NCBI RefSeq assembly: GCF_009914755.1
Contig: NC_060929.1
Direction: 5' to 3' (one strand)
DNA from: the human T2T-CHM13v2.0 reference genome, Homo sapiens
Length of the DNA stretch: 64,000 nt
The notes under the pieces are model-generated. The model saw only the letters and a program-made list of their open reading frames with translations, ran no database searches and was not told the DNA's origin. The position numbers and the translations under genes are program-made. Numbering within the stretch: the first letter of the stretch is position 1; every line of letters begins with the position of its first letter. Shown here piece by piece: positions 1 through 15,418 of the stretch.

Positions 1-1819
1 TATCCACCAAATAAAGTCTGGTCACATTATTTCAAGACACACTAACCGCAGTGCACATTGCCACGTGCCTCCCAAACTGTTCCCCCAGCTGCTGGGTGTG
101 CAGCTGCCTCTGGACAACACTCAGCTGTCAACCCCTTCAGGAAGAGCCAGACATTATGCTCCCCTCCAGGAATGGCTCACATCTATAACTGCCTGGCTGT
201 GGACATAGAAAGGTGCAGCCCCTTTGCACCACCTCCAAACAATCCTGAAGGGCTCTCCCACCTCCAGAGCCTCCCTACAGGGCCACTGTAGTCTTGGTTG
301 TGACTACACCACAGCCCAACTTCTCCCTCTGCCAGGCTTGCAGGCTCTTTCCCTTCCCATCCCTTGCCCCTCTCCCTCTTCTCCCTCCTTTTTCTCCAAA
401 CCCACCCCCACCCCTCCTCCAGTATTGGCCTCAAGAACATCCCCAATAAACTATTCTCCGTATCTTAGTCGGTTTCCCAGGGAACCTGAATAATGTTTAT
501 TGGAAACATAAGATATTTAATTTCCAACATTTTTGAGAGAACATTCTTCAAGCCAACTTCAATTCCAAAATTTTAAAATACTCTCTCAATAACCAAAAGG
601 CCATTAAAGACCTTTGAACTATAAAGCAACTGTTTATTGAGCTATTGAGCACCTACTGTAGGTCATCCACCTTGCCAGGGGCTGAAAATTTATGAATAAA
701 TCGGGCAACTCACCAACTAAGAGTGGTGAAATTAACAGAAAGTAAGAAAACTGTGGAAAAAATAGTTTGTTCTATCATTTCAAATTATTTCTATAGGTTC
801 AATATCGCAAAACAAAATCAAGAAGGGCCTTAAAGAAAAAGGACATTTGCTAGTCAGGAAATAGACTTTAATCAATATTTCACTGAATAAATTTTTACAT
901 GATCAAGGATCTGGATCAGATGTTACAGCAAGTGACTTCCTATGGCCCCCAGAAAAGGGTTACTTGTTGTTTCTCCAATGACAGGAGAAAAAGAAGGAGG
1001 GAGGTGGGAAAGAGTTTGAAGTAGTCACTTTGCATAAAAGAAGTATGCAATTCAGAGGAGAATGTGAAATTATGTTAGCAATTAATGCCTCTTTATGAGA
1101 TAATAAAGCAATTAGTGGAAACTTGAACACCAGCCACTAGTGTTCCCATGAAGTGGCAGCCCAGGGGGCGGAGAAGAGGAAAGGTGGAAATGCAAGTTCA
1201 CAAAGACTCTCACTCTGGGCTAAGAGGAGTCAAGAGGAGCTCACATTCATATGCATAAAAGGTCAGCCATCTTTTCAAAAATATTGAATTTCTGTTAATT
1301 CTTCTGTCAAACGCAAGACTTCCAATGCAAATATGTAAAGCATATTTTCTAGGAAACAACATGATAGCCTGTGCTTATTTTTCTGTGTCATCAGTTAATA
1401 GGCTTCAACAGCCCTTTAATGTAAATTATACTCAGGAGTGTCCTTGAAGTGCTAAGGGGACATCATCTCATGGCTCCTTCCACCTAGGGTGGGATTTAGA
1501 GCTCACAGATGCCCCAGAAGAAAATGTTCCCCGGGCTGGCTTCATTGTGAAGAATGAGCCAAAGTCACTGGACCTCAGGCAGCAAGGACCCCATAGCCTT
1601 GGCCATGGCACAGAGGTCCAGTGTGAGCCAGCAGACGTGGGGTAGCACAGCCCTAGCTAAGCCCAACACCCAGCACAACTCTTCCTTTCCATGGTAGCCC
1701 ATGAAGCTTCCTGTCCCTGGCAAAAGACTCTGCTCTGGACATCAGCATTCTCACTTAAGGAAACTTCATCTCTGGCTTCATGGAAGCACCAATTTTTACA
1801 ATCAATGGACCACTCAGAG

Positions 1820-1978
1820 CAGCTTTTCTCAAAACCTGATGTGTATTTATGTGGCTTCAGGGTCTGGCCAACACGAAGATTCTGACTCAGGAGTTCTGGG
1901 ATGGACCTGAGATTCCGCATGTCTAACAAGATTCTGATGTCAATGTTCCTAGGCCTAGAACCTCACTTTGAGATGCCA
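1820..1978. mobile_element. MER5-like hAT fragment
   Basis: ttttctcaaa...gattctgactcag...gcatgtctaacaag...cactttgag. Confidence 0.55.
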
Positions 1979-2433
1979 GGGCTTAGTGATCTGGACTGTA
2001 GAGGGTGGGGAAGCTCACACATTATTCTGGAGAGCATTCTGCATTCACACTGCCTGTAAGAATGGATGCATTCACAACATGCAGGCTTCTGTATAGCAGT
2101 GAATTTTACAGGACCACCTCATGCAAAGAGTTTGTACTTCCCCTCACCAATAAAAAAATTAACATCCATCCTTTTATTCTTAAATGGTAGGAATATAAAA
2201 ACAGCCTCCTACCGTGTTTAGATCATTTATATTTTGTAAGCCATTTTCACTTTTCTTAATTTGATGGGTAGAAACACCCTGCAGAAAAATTGAAAACCCC
2301 AAGTTTGTTGTAAGTAACTGCTGACTCCCACAGTTACATCAGCTTGTTGTAGGCACTAAAATCTCATATTCTTGGAGGAAAATCTAGGGAACAGTGTAGC
2401 CCATAAGAGCAGGGAACAGAAATCCTGAGGGTG

Positions 2434-2878
<445 letters not shown>

Positions 2879-3008
2879 CTAAATATTCTAAGAAATATGT
2901 AAGTTAGTTTTTCCTCGAAGACTTTGCTGACAATCCATTCTCTCTGCTCTAACTTTTGTTCTGAAGTGAACTTGGACAAGGATTAAACACTTCAAAAAAA
3001 GATTTCTT

Positions 3009-3372
<364 letters not shown>

Positions 3373-3869
3373 TCACTTTCTCACTCTACACAAATATACT
3401 GCCTCCAGTTCTTGTCAAAGAAACAGCCTGCAATATGGTGTAAAATGTGCTTCAAGATACCCCAAAATATTATATATCACTCTCTCTTGTGGATGTTAGC
3501 AGTATGGGATATTTACTTTTCAAGTTTGTTTGCTTCCGTATATAATTTTTTCCTATAGGTAGTATCATGATAACTATGAAATTTCTGGCCTTGTTTTCTT
3601 TACTCTCCATTATAACAAGAACTTTTTTTGTAAGTGTAATCTTATAAGTGGTAACTTTTTCCTTATTTATTCCTTGAGTATTTATAGATTGAAGCAAAAC
3701 TAAATGCATGACTCCATCTGCAATCACACAGAATATTATTAAAACTATGGTATTTTATGCTTGACATAGCTCAGAAAAGTGGAATTGGTAAAATATAAAA
3801 AATGCACAGTGGGAAAATTATACAATTCGTAAATACATAAAAGGGTTAACTTACAAAGATCTTTATTCC

Positions 3870-4143
3870 CCCCGGTGTTACAAGCATGAGGTCTGAACCT
3901 ACATTACTAAGTTTAAATTCCAGATCTGCTACTTACAACTAATCAGGTGACTTAGAAAAGTGTCTTGAATGCTTGACTTTCCATTTTTCCAACTATAAAA
4001 AAGGGTCTAAAACCAGAACTTTCCTCATCTGTAAAACATGGCTAAAACCAAGGCCAACCTCACAGGCTTGTTATAGAATTTAGTGTCATTCTCTATGTAA
4101 AGTGTTTGGAAGAGCATTTAGTAAGGGCTTAATAAATGTTAGC
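3870..4143 (+). mobile_element. MIR
   Basis: ttcctcatctgtaaaa...taataaatgttagct. Confidence 0.7.
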
Positions 4144-4145
4144 TC

Positions 4146-4464
4146 TTTTATTTTATTTTTATTTTCCATTTTTGATTTTTTAGTGACAAATTCTCACTCT
4201 GTCACCCAGGCTGAAGTGCAGTGTCACTATCATAGCCCACTGCAGCTTTGAACTAGTGGGCTCAAACAATCCTCCCACTTCAGTCTCCCACGTATCTAGG
4301 ACTATAAGCTCGGCCACCACATTCAGCTGATTTTTTTATTTTTTGGTAGAGATAGGGTCTCCCTATGTTACCCAGGCTGGTCTGGAATCCCTGGCCTCAA
4401 GCAATCCTCCTACCTAGGCCTCCCAAATTGCTGGGATTACAGGTGTGAGCCACTGCACCTGGCC
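4146..4464 (-). mobile_element. AluJ
   Basis: Reverse Alu with J-type segments (gggctcaaacaatcctccc, ggcctcaagcaatcctcc). Confidence 0.92.
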
Positions 4465-4469
4465 AAGTT

Positions 4470-5015
4470 CCTAAGGTATCTACCCAGAGGAAAAGAAGTT
4501 ATTGTACGAAAAAGATACTTGCACACACATGTTTATAGCAGCACAGTTTGCAACTGCAAAAATATGAAACCAGCCCAAATGCCCACCAGTCAACAAGTGG
4601 ATAAAGAAAATGTGGTATATATTTACCATGAAATACTACTCAGCCATAAAAAGGAACAAGATAATGGTATTCGTAGCAACCTGGATGGTATTGGAGATTA
4701 TTATTCTAAGTGAAGTAACTCAGGAATGGAAAACCAAACATTGTATGTTCTCACTTGCAAGTTGGAGTTAAGCTATGAGGATTCAAAGGCATAAGAATAA
4801 TACATTGGACTTTGGGGACTCAGAAGAAAGGGTGGGAGGGGGGTGAGGGATAAAAGACTATACATTGGGTACAGTGCGCACTGTTCGGGTTATGGGCGCA
4901 CCAAAATCTCAGAAATCACCACTAAAGAACTTATTTATGTAACCAAACATCATCTGCTCCCTAGAAACCTATTGAAATAAAAAATAATTCAAAAAAGTTT
5001 TAATAAATAAATAAA
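4470..5015 (+). mobile_element. L1PB 3' end (ORF2 tail, 3'UTR, poly-A)
   Basis: ggtatctacccagaggaaaagaag...caccaaaatctcagaaatcaccactaaagaactt...gaaataaaa. Confidence 0.9.
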
Positions 5016-5035
5016 ATGCATTTAATATGTTAGAG

Positions 5036-5231
5036 CAGTCATTCTCAAAGTGTGATTTCCAGATCTGCAGTATTGGTATCTGCCTGGGGATTTAGAATAC
5101 AAGTTCTTGTGTCCCATCCGAGACCAAGTGAATCAGAAATTGGAGGCAGCAGGTGGGGGGAAGGAGGCAGCAATTAGTCTCTAGTAACCCCTCCAATCAT
5201 TCTGCTACACTCCCAATTTTACAAACCACTG
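5036..5231. mobile_element. MER5 (hAT-Charlie MITE)
   Basis: cagtcattctcaaagtgtg...gaatcagaaa...aaaccactg termini. Confidence 0.7.
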
Positions 5232-7704
5232 GGATACAAGCAGAAGATACTATTGACTCTTTTTATAGATACGAATTCCTAGTGGATTTTCAGTTTTGTT
5301 TTAGGTATTAATTAATTTGACAAATTTGGGAAAGGCTGGCTCACAGCTATAAAGCACCACTTAAAGATGACCCAAGCGTCTTCAATGTTGGTTCATAATC
5401 TTTATAATATTTGGGCATTCTGAAACAAAATCCTTTCTCTGATTGATAAATCATATATCTGAAAAATAATGTTGAACTTATCCTTTTTGTTATATAACTC
5501 CTTATACAACTGAGAAATTAGTGTTAAACATCTTATTTGAAAAAAATATGGGGTTGAATAGAATTTATATACATCGTTCAACTCATAGTTTTGAAAATCC
5601 ATCTCTTCTCAGGTATTGTAGGATTCTTTTGTGTTGGGCACTAATATCCTACAGGCATAGTGTAAATAGTTACCTTAAAATTTTTATTTCCTTTCTACCC
5701 TGCTTTTACATGGAAAAGGAATTCAATGATAAAATAAGAAAGACATTCACACTTAGGTTGGGGAGTTGGCACTTTTGTATGGTAGAATTCAGAAGCAGGG
5801 ACTCTTCCCAAGAGTATGAAGAAAGCAGCATATATATTTAAAGTATAGTACCAGCTTTAGTAGAAAGGATTATGATAAACGTATCTTAGCATCACATATA
5901 AAAATACAAGAAAAGCAAACTGAATAAAATACCTATTCACAAACTACTTTATAAATTTTTTTCATTATGTTCTCCTGGAAAATCATATTATGGAGAATGG
6001 ACTCATAAGTGCTGCTTTTGTGCTCACTAATCATACTTAAGATTCTCTTTATTCACCTACGCTGTTACTAGAATATTCTGAAGCAGCATGAGAGCTTGTA
6101 TAGCCTTTGGTAGATTCACCATGGACTCAACCTAAAGAAACTCTTCCTGCGTGATTGTCACTTTGGAGCTGACCATCCATTCCCTTACTATCCCTTACTA
6201 TTATTCTTAAATAGCAAACTAGCATTTTGTCCATAAACCAACTGCTTCTCTAGGACTGGCTGATTCGAGAATAGCCTCGAAGTCTACAGGAATTAGACAG
6301 GTTCCAATTTTATTAGAATAGTTTAGAAGTCAGAATTTTCATCTAATGGGAGAGTGGGAAGAAGGAATAATAACGAATAAGGTATGGGTCTTTGCAGGAC
6401 ACTCAGCAAAGCATACCAACCTCTGCTTGTTGTGGAATAATTTTCCGTCAACAAGTAATGCCCATTAAAAGGAAGCATGGCTGTAACCTGAACTCATTCA
6501 ACTCTTTTGTTAAACTAACCGTTTCCTCATTTAACCAGTGACCACTATGTATGCTTAGCATATCAAAGCAAAGAATGCTGTATACACAGGGCAAAAGAAG
6601 ATTTATTGTAATAATTATCTTCCCAGTCTTAATCCCAAAGAGTAACTGTGGCTGCTTCTGCTATTTTCATAACACTCTCTAGATGCCCAGAAACCCAGTA
6701 ACATGGCAATTGAGAAACTTTATTTATAATATTCTATATATTCCATCATTACTCAAAGACATTCTCCTTGAGATACAGATGTTTAATGACGAGAATGTGA
6801 GTAATTGATTTCTTGGTGTCCTGTTAGTTATTTTTTTGTGAAGAGCTCTTTCCTAATCAGACTGGATGGAACACTCAGGTCATTGCTTTCTGTTTTGTAG
6901 AGCTCTCCAACTATTCACAGGATGTTATTTTTAATGACAAAGTTCTCATAAACAATTCTCAATAGTTTTCCAGAACACTAGTAAGATTTTTCACCTGGAT
7001 GTCTATAATAAGAACTAAATGGAATCCCAAAAAGCCATACATAATTCTTACAAAAATGATGTATTACACATATACTCAATTTTTAAAAATCTCTAAGTTA
7101 TTGCTATTAAGATTCATTAATATTATTGCCATTAATTGTTGCTCCCCAGATGCATGGTGTACACTCACAAGTGTACAATGATCACTGGTATCCTATGTTC
7201 AGGCTGTAGGGGACAAAAAGATGAAAATGTCAGGGAGTCCACTCTCCATGTGCTCCCCAAGGCCAAAATGTGAGATAAGAGATTTTTGAAACATCGTATA
7301 AATGCCAAGTCAAGAGCGTTCTTTGATTTGGAAGTTACTTGGACTGATGATAGAATACCTCCACATCTGAATTCCGGGTGACTGACGCCTGTCACCCAGA
7401 CTGAATTCTGGGTGGCAGGCGGAAAGAACTTGCCCATCTCCAAGGCCCAGGGCCCAGCCCATGTCTGCTTTGTGAGTTCCATCCCATAAATCTTTCCCAC
7501 AACCCACTGGAGCTACAGAGCTCTCAGCCCTAATTAAGTGTGGTGTCCACCTAGCTACTTATCACCTATAATAACTTGCTGTTTACAAGTGCCTTGCTGA
7601 TATTTCAGTCGCTCTGTACTGTTGCTGTCTAGGAAACCATTAATACGGGTCCATGTACCAGATGAGCAAGTCATTCAGTTGCAAGGATTCTCTTGTGACG
7701 TTTA

Positions 7705-8186
<482 letters not shown>

Positions 8187-8616
8187 AATTACCATTGTGG
8201 TGGGTCAAATGGCTGGAAATTAACAATTCCATATATTTCACCAGCTATTTCTACAAATGGACGCCCTATACAACCCGACACAGGTTAAAATAAACGACAT
8301 TCCAAGTGTGCCCTCCTGCTGCTCACTTCAGTTAACAGGAATCTTTCTCTCCTCCAGAGTCCCTCTTCAGGGCACTTTTCAGTTGCCAGTATTGCCCTTC
8401 TTGACATGTACTTGCTGTTAAGCTGTGAAGCATGTGCCCTCCTGAAGGATGCACTGTTCCCCTTCACCTTTGTATCTTGCAGACTCCCTTACTCCTTGTG
8501 AGTACTTAATCATTTTTTCCAAGAGTCACTGGGAATCCCGCTGGGAATTGCTAAGAGGGAGTAGAATAAATGGTTACGACACAGACTTAAGGTCATACTG
8601 TTCATGCTGCAATCTT

Positions 8617-8872
8617 TTGTTTGTTTGTTTGTTTTGAGAATAAGTCTTGCTCTGTCGTCCGGGCTGGAGTGCAGTGGCACGGTCTTGGTTCACTGCTACC
8701 TCTGCCTCCTGGGTTCAAGCCGGGCTCAGCCTCCTGAGTAGCTGGGACTACAGGCGTGCATCACCACGCCCAGCTAATTTTTGTATTTTCAGTACAGATG
8801 GGGTTTCACTATGTTGGCCAAGCTGGTTTCGAACTCCTGACCTCAGGTGATCTGCCCACCTCAGCCTACCAA
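8617..8872 (-). mobile_element. AluS, slightly 5'-truncated, inserted in a MIR (about 8540-9040)
   Basis: Reverse Alu, (TTTG)n tail, TSD tcatgctgcaatctt/tcatgttgcagtctt. Confidence 0.9.
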
Positions 8873-9214
8873 TCATGTTGCAGTCTTAACATAGTTTTTT
8901 CCTACTGGTTTATATCCACCTGATAATGGAAATAATAAGGGTTTATACTTACCTCTAGTATGAGAGTTAAGTAAGTTAACTCATCAACAAGTGCTTTGAA
9001 CAGGCAGGGGTTGAGTGAATATTGGCTATTATTGTTATTATTTAAAGGGGACAAATGCTCTAAACTTGTCTCATTTAGACTCAGGACTTAGCCCTTTGAC
9101 AGAAATACCATGAGTCAGACTGCAAAATACGACACCATTGTTCTTATCCAAAGCCCGGGATGCACAGGCAATGGATGCCATCAACTGAGGAGAGCAGCAG
9201 CTTGAGAATATGGA

Positions 9215-9392
9215 GCCAGGCACTGCCCCTGGTTGCATATTAGCCTCACCTGGAGTACTCCAAGAGCTGTAGACCCCTAGGCTCTCCCCACAGACCAATC
9301 AAATCAGGCTCCCTGAGGTTGGTCCCAGGGATAAGTGTTTCAGAAAGCTTCCTAGGCGATTCTAATATTATAGCATTTTCAGGAACCACTGG
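9215..9392. mobile_element. MER5-like hAT element
   Basis: gcatattagcctcacctggag...aaatcag...ggaaccactg. Confidence 0.6.
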
Positions 9393-12270
9393 TGCAAAAC
9401 ACTCTTGGAACACACTTAAAATTACTTTTAACAGTTTGGTACCGGTTTCTGGGATAAAGGTAAATAGCCATAAAGAAAAGTCATTCAGAGGAAAAGTTCT
9501 TTTCCAAGGTCATCACAATCTCAGGAAAGTATCACCATTCCTGTTTCTTCGATCTCCTCACCTGTGGCCACCACGATAAAAGGACATAGGAGGAGAGAAC
9601 ACATTTTCTAAATTAAGCTGAAACTTAGTGAAAAGCCTGTAGGGATCAGAGGAAAAGCCTAACTAAGCTTCTAGTCTTAGAGAATGACGAACACACTTGA
9701 ACTTGCATTTTTCTGTACAGGGCTATAGACAAAGACCAAGAAACAGTTTTCTTGTCTTTGCTAAGGGAACATTTAGATAAGACATCTCAACTGAATTGAC
9801 TGTTTTATTTGCCCACAATAAGCCTTTCTCAGAGCATCTTAATCCAAATGCATATCAGACCCCCGCAGTCTGTGTTCTATATGGTACAAGGCTCCTAATC
9901 CTCACGAGTCAGATTTGTCAACTTATTATTTATTATCGACCCCCCCCCCCCGGCCAAAAGCCTTTTCCAACTTTTATTCCTAATTGCTTCCCTCACCCCA
10001 AGCAACGTTACCACCACAGATAATCTGTTTTCATACTGTGGCCTTTGGAGGTTCACAGACCACTATAATATCTAAAGTTTTGTGTCCTCCCCAATTAAAA
10101 AAAAAACTATTTTTGTCCCCGTAGGGACATCATCACCCCCTTCCTGTTGAAAAAGCACAATGTAATTATTAATAAATGGCTCTGTCAGCCAAGAACATGA
10201 CCTGCAGGGATTTACCTCAGAGGCAACACAAGAGTATATGCCTGCAAAGCTCAGACCAACAAACACAATCAATAATGAACTGCGCCAGATTCTAACCCGG
10301 ATCCCTGCATCATGCTGCAGGGACCCACCGCCTGTTAGGACAGAACGCCTTCTTTTCAAGGAAGGTTAGAATAGAAAATTATAAAATAAAGAATGACTCT
10401 ACCTATTCATTATTTCAAATGTCCTTTTACCTAATCATTCCAGGTTTTCCTGCTCATTTTCTGGGTAAATTCTCAAAATGAGAATTCTGAGTATTAATTT
10501 TGATTAGTTTTAAAATAAATGGTTTGATGACTAGAGCAGCCAACATAAGTTGGTGATATATAGCAGCCAGTAATGCAAAATGTTTTATTATTATACCAAC
10601 TATAATTACTTCCATTTACATACTGCTTTACCATTTAAAAATATGTTCCCATACATTCCTATTTAAATAATGAGAAGGTGGTGAAATGATGTATGTATTC
10701 AATAATATACTTAAGAAGGCATATAATCCAGTCAAATTATTATAATTATGCTTTTAAAAGAAATGAAAAGGTCATTATACACTCTTAATTCAGACAATTT
10801 TTTGATAAACATTAAGACAATGACTTCCATTTTTACCCTTGTCTGTCAATCAAAGCCTTATGCCACTTCTTGTTCATCACAAAGCCTTGATAAAGTATCA
10901 CCCTACCTCTGCTTTACGTGGGTTCCCCAAAACCCACAGCAACAGGAAAGGGAGGCTACACTTTTGGGGAGGTCAGGATGGGGAGTGCACAGGATGTCCC
11001 TGCATTTCATTTCTGAATGTTATACTCATTTATTAACATCAAATCTTCACATCAAAATCTCAAGTCACATATATAAGTGCACTGGATTGTCTGCCATTGG
11101 ATAAACATGTGTGCACCTCTTCTACCTCTGCTCCAGGAACAACAAACGAGAGTACTGCAGGTTAAGTGGAATCAACTTTCATCTATGTGACTGCTCAATC
11201 AGCTGCAATCAAAATCATCTCATGCCTTTCAAGTCTAACTTTAAAAGTTATTCAAGGGCAACCAATATGGGCAGGGTCCTCTCATCATGTTCTATGTAGA
11301 TGAAATTTGCAAACAGTCCAGGCTCTGCTACACTTCTTTGGGTTGAAATATAACAGGAACTAATCAGAAAGGTTATGGCAGTGTCCTCACCACTTAAGGT
11401 AAGTGTTCTCCACAGATACAGACATTCCTTCATGTAAGGGAGACCCTGCAAGGCTTCAGGGCGGAAGACATTCCTTCTGACTACATACAGGTATCTACAG
11501 ATAAAAAGCAGTCTGATGTAGCTTGTATAGTTTATGTTTATGACAACTAGATAGTCTGATGGTTTCTTGTTGTCTTGTTTAGTTTTATTGCATTTTACAC
11601 ACTCATTGATAATACAATGAATTAGGTCAACTTCTGTTAAAAGCCGTAAGTACATACTGGAGCTACTAAAACCACTGAATTTTACACTTAAATGGGTGAA
11701 TTGCATGGCATATACATTATATATCAGTAACGCTGTTTTTTTTTTTTTAAACCTACAGCAGTTCTTTTAATGATAAAGATCAATGGAATTCCATTCAATT
11801 AATAGCTCAGTCTAAACATAAAGGAGATTCATAGGCATTTCAAAACAGAAGAGTCCTTACTCATGTGGTTTAATGCCCTGTTTACATTACTAATGATGCT
11901 CTACCCAATACAGACCAATAATTTAGTTCAAAGTGGTCCTAAGTCAGCAGGATGCCCTCATACTCGGCAGAATAAAAGATACATCTTTCTTGGAAGACCA
12001 TACCTTAAACTCCGACCTCATGTAATTCCCATAAATAAGTTACAAGGAACATGAATCCACAATCGGAAATCTTACACACATGAGAAAAAATGCCTCAGTG
12101 AGCAGGCTGTCATTAAAAACAATAAATAGAAGAATCAAAGTGAAGGACACTGAAGATTGTTGAATTATCAGATGCAGAAAAAATAAGGGAAAAGCATATG
12201 TAATATACTTAAAAATTTAAAGGGGACTTTAAAATTAAAATGAAGAGTTCTTCCATTATTCCAAGGCAGA

Positions 12271-12348
12271 TTTTTTTTTTCTTTTTTTTTTGAGACGGAG
12301 TCTCCCTCTGTCTCCCAGGCTGGAGTGCAGTGGCGTGATCTCCACTCA
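12271..12348 (-). mobile_element. 5'-truncated Alu fragment
   Basis: Poly-T plus tgagacggagtctc...cagtggcgtgatctc; TSD tccaaggcaga/tccaagacaga. Confidence 0.88.
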
Positions 12349-12783
12349 CTCCAAGACAGATTTGAATAAGAAAAAATTGAACTTCTAGAAATGAAAAATA
12401 GAACTTAAAGTGGCATATTAGAAACAGCTTAATAGAACACTGATACACTGCTGATAGGATTAGAAAATGGTAAAACCACTTTGGGAAGTAATTTAAAAGG
12501 TTAAGGATATGCAAGCGTATGACTCAATGATGCCACAACTAGGGATTTACTCAAGAAAAAGTAACAATTAAATCATACAAACACTTGTTCACAGCAGCTT
12601 TATTTGTAAATAGCAACAACTATAAACAATTCAAATGTGCATCAACTGGTAAATGAATATGCAAATTGTGTTACATCCTCACAGTGGAATACTACTCAGC
12701 AAAAAAGGAATGAACTATTGATATGTGCAATTACTAAAACTGAATCATTCTTTATGATGAAACACTTAGCAAATCAGCAATTA

Positions 12784-13441
<658 letters not shown>

Positions 13442-13488
13442 AGAATGACCTGAACCAGATAAAATGAGCCTATAGAAAAGCTACATTT

Positions 13489-13800
13489 GGCTGGGCATGG
13501 TGGCTCACGCCTGTAATCCCGGCATTTTGGGAGGCTGAGGTGGGTGGATCATCTGAGTTCAGGAGTTCTAGCAGTGTGGCCACACCCTGTCTCTACTAAA
13601 AATACAAAAAATTAGCTGGGCATGGTGGCGGGTGCCTGTAATCTCAGGTCCTCGGGAGACTGAAGGCAGGAGAATTGCTTGAACCCAGGAGGCAAAGGAT
13701 ACAGTGAGCCGAGATCACACCATTGCACTCCAGCCTTGGTGACAGAGCAAGACTGTGTCTCAAAAAAAAAAAAAAAAAAAAAGGAAGAACATAAAGAAAA
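13489..13800 (+). mobile_element. AluS
   Basis: Full Alu with TSD agaaaagctacatt. Confidence 0.94.
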
Positions 13801-15089
13801 AGAAAAGCTACATTAAACATAAAGTGACCAAGCAATTCTGCTTGTCTAGCTATAAACCTAAGAGAAATACAAACATGTGTGTCCACATATAAACTTGTAC
13901 ATGAATGTTCATAGCAGAATTATTCACAATATCCAAAAGGTAGAAACAATCCAAATGTCCACCAACTAGTGGATTTATGTCATTAAAGTATAATTTATCC
14001 ATACATACTTCTCCATATATATCTATACATACCTATATCATTAACTATGATTTATCCATACAATGGTATATTGTTTGGCAACTAAAAATAAAGTCCTTAT
14101 ATTTGGTACAACATCAATGAACCTTGAAAACATGATGCTAAGTGAAAAGAGCCAATAATAAAAGATCACATATGGTATGATTCCATGTATATGAAATGTA
14201 CAGAATGGGCACATAGACACAGAAAGTCTAGGGTTAGAAGAAGCTTGGGGTTTCTTTTGGTGTGATGGAAATGTTCTAAAATGGACTGTGGTGATGCTTG
14301 TAAAAATCTGAGAATATATTAAAAACCATTAAATTTTATATTTAACTGGATGAATTGCATGGCATTTGATTTATATCTCAATAAAGCCTTTTTTTTTCTA
14401 AAAAAAGCCCTGCAGCAGTTCTTTTAATGATAAAGATTAATGTAATTCCATTAAATAAAAAAGGTTGTCTGCTCTCCCCCATTTCTTATCAGTACAAAAA
14501 GACAAAACAAAACAAAAATTGTAAGATTTTTAGAAGAAGACACAATACAGTAATTTTCACAGATTGCTTATATAAAAACCCTAAAGAAGTCTACAAATTA
14601 CTAGAGGTAATTAGCAAGTTTAGTAACTTTGCTTGGTATCAGATCAACATAAAGAATCTACTGCACTTCTATATAAAACAGAAATTCTTAGAAGATGTCT
14701 CTTTTTTAAAAGAAAGAACATTTCCAAGAGTAACAAAAACTCTGTGGAGCCTAGCAATGAGAATGAAACAACGAACAACACAAAACCTTTCTGGAAAAAT
14801 GTCTAAATTTCACTGAATAACATTTGAGAAGAATTAAATGGACATCAAGTTCATGAATGAGAACACTCAAAATCATAAAGCTGTAATTCTCCCCCAATTT
14901 CTCAGAAGCAGACTACACATATGTGAAAAATTGACACAAGGCAGATATGGCATTAAAGCTTATGAGACAAATGACAGTCTGCTCAACAGCAGGTATTAGG
15001 AGAGCTACTTTACGTGAAAAAAAGAATTGAATCTATGCATCCTAACATGCGAAAAAATCAATGAAAAATAGATTAAAGATTTTAATATA

Positions 15090-15370
15090 GGTCAAGCACA
15101 GTGGCTCAAACCTGTACAGCACTTTCGGAGGCCGAAGTGGGTGGATCACCTGAGGTCAGGGGTTCAAGACCAGCCTGGCCAACACGGTGAAATCCCGTCT
15201 CTACTCAAAATACAAAAATTAGCGGGCATGGTGGCAGGCACCTGTAATCTCAGCTACTTAGGAAGCTGAGGCAGGAGAATTGCTTTAACCCTGGAGGCGG
15301 AGGTTGCGGTGAGCCAAGATCACGCCACCGCACTCTGGCCTGGGCGACAGTGTGAGATTCCATCTCAAAA

Positions 15371-15417
<47 letters not shown>

Positions 15418-15418
15418 A
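15090..15418 (+). mobile_element. AluSx-type with (TAAA)n tail
   Basis: Full Alu; (TAAA)n microsatellite at about 15368-15418. Confidence 0.94.

Noticed and set aside
11248-11706. 152-aa minus-strand ORF
   Set aside because: Starts within an L1 3' fragment, has no recognisable domain, and its composition fits a chance ORF.
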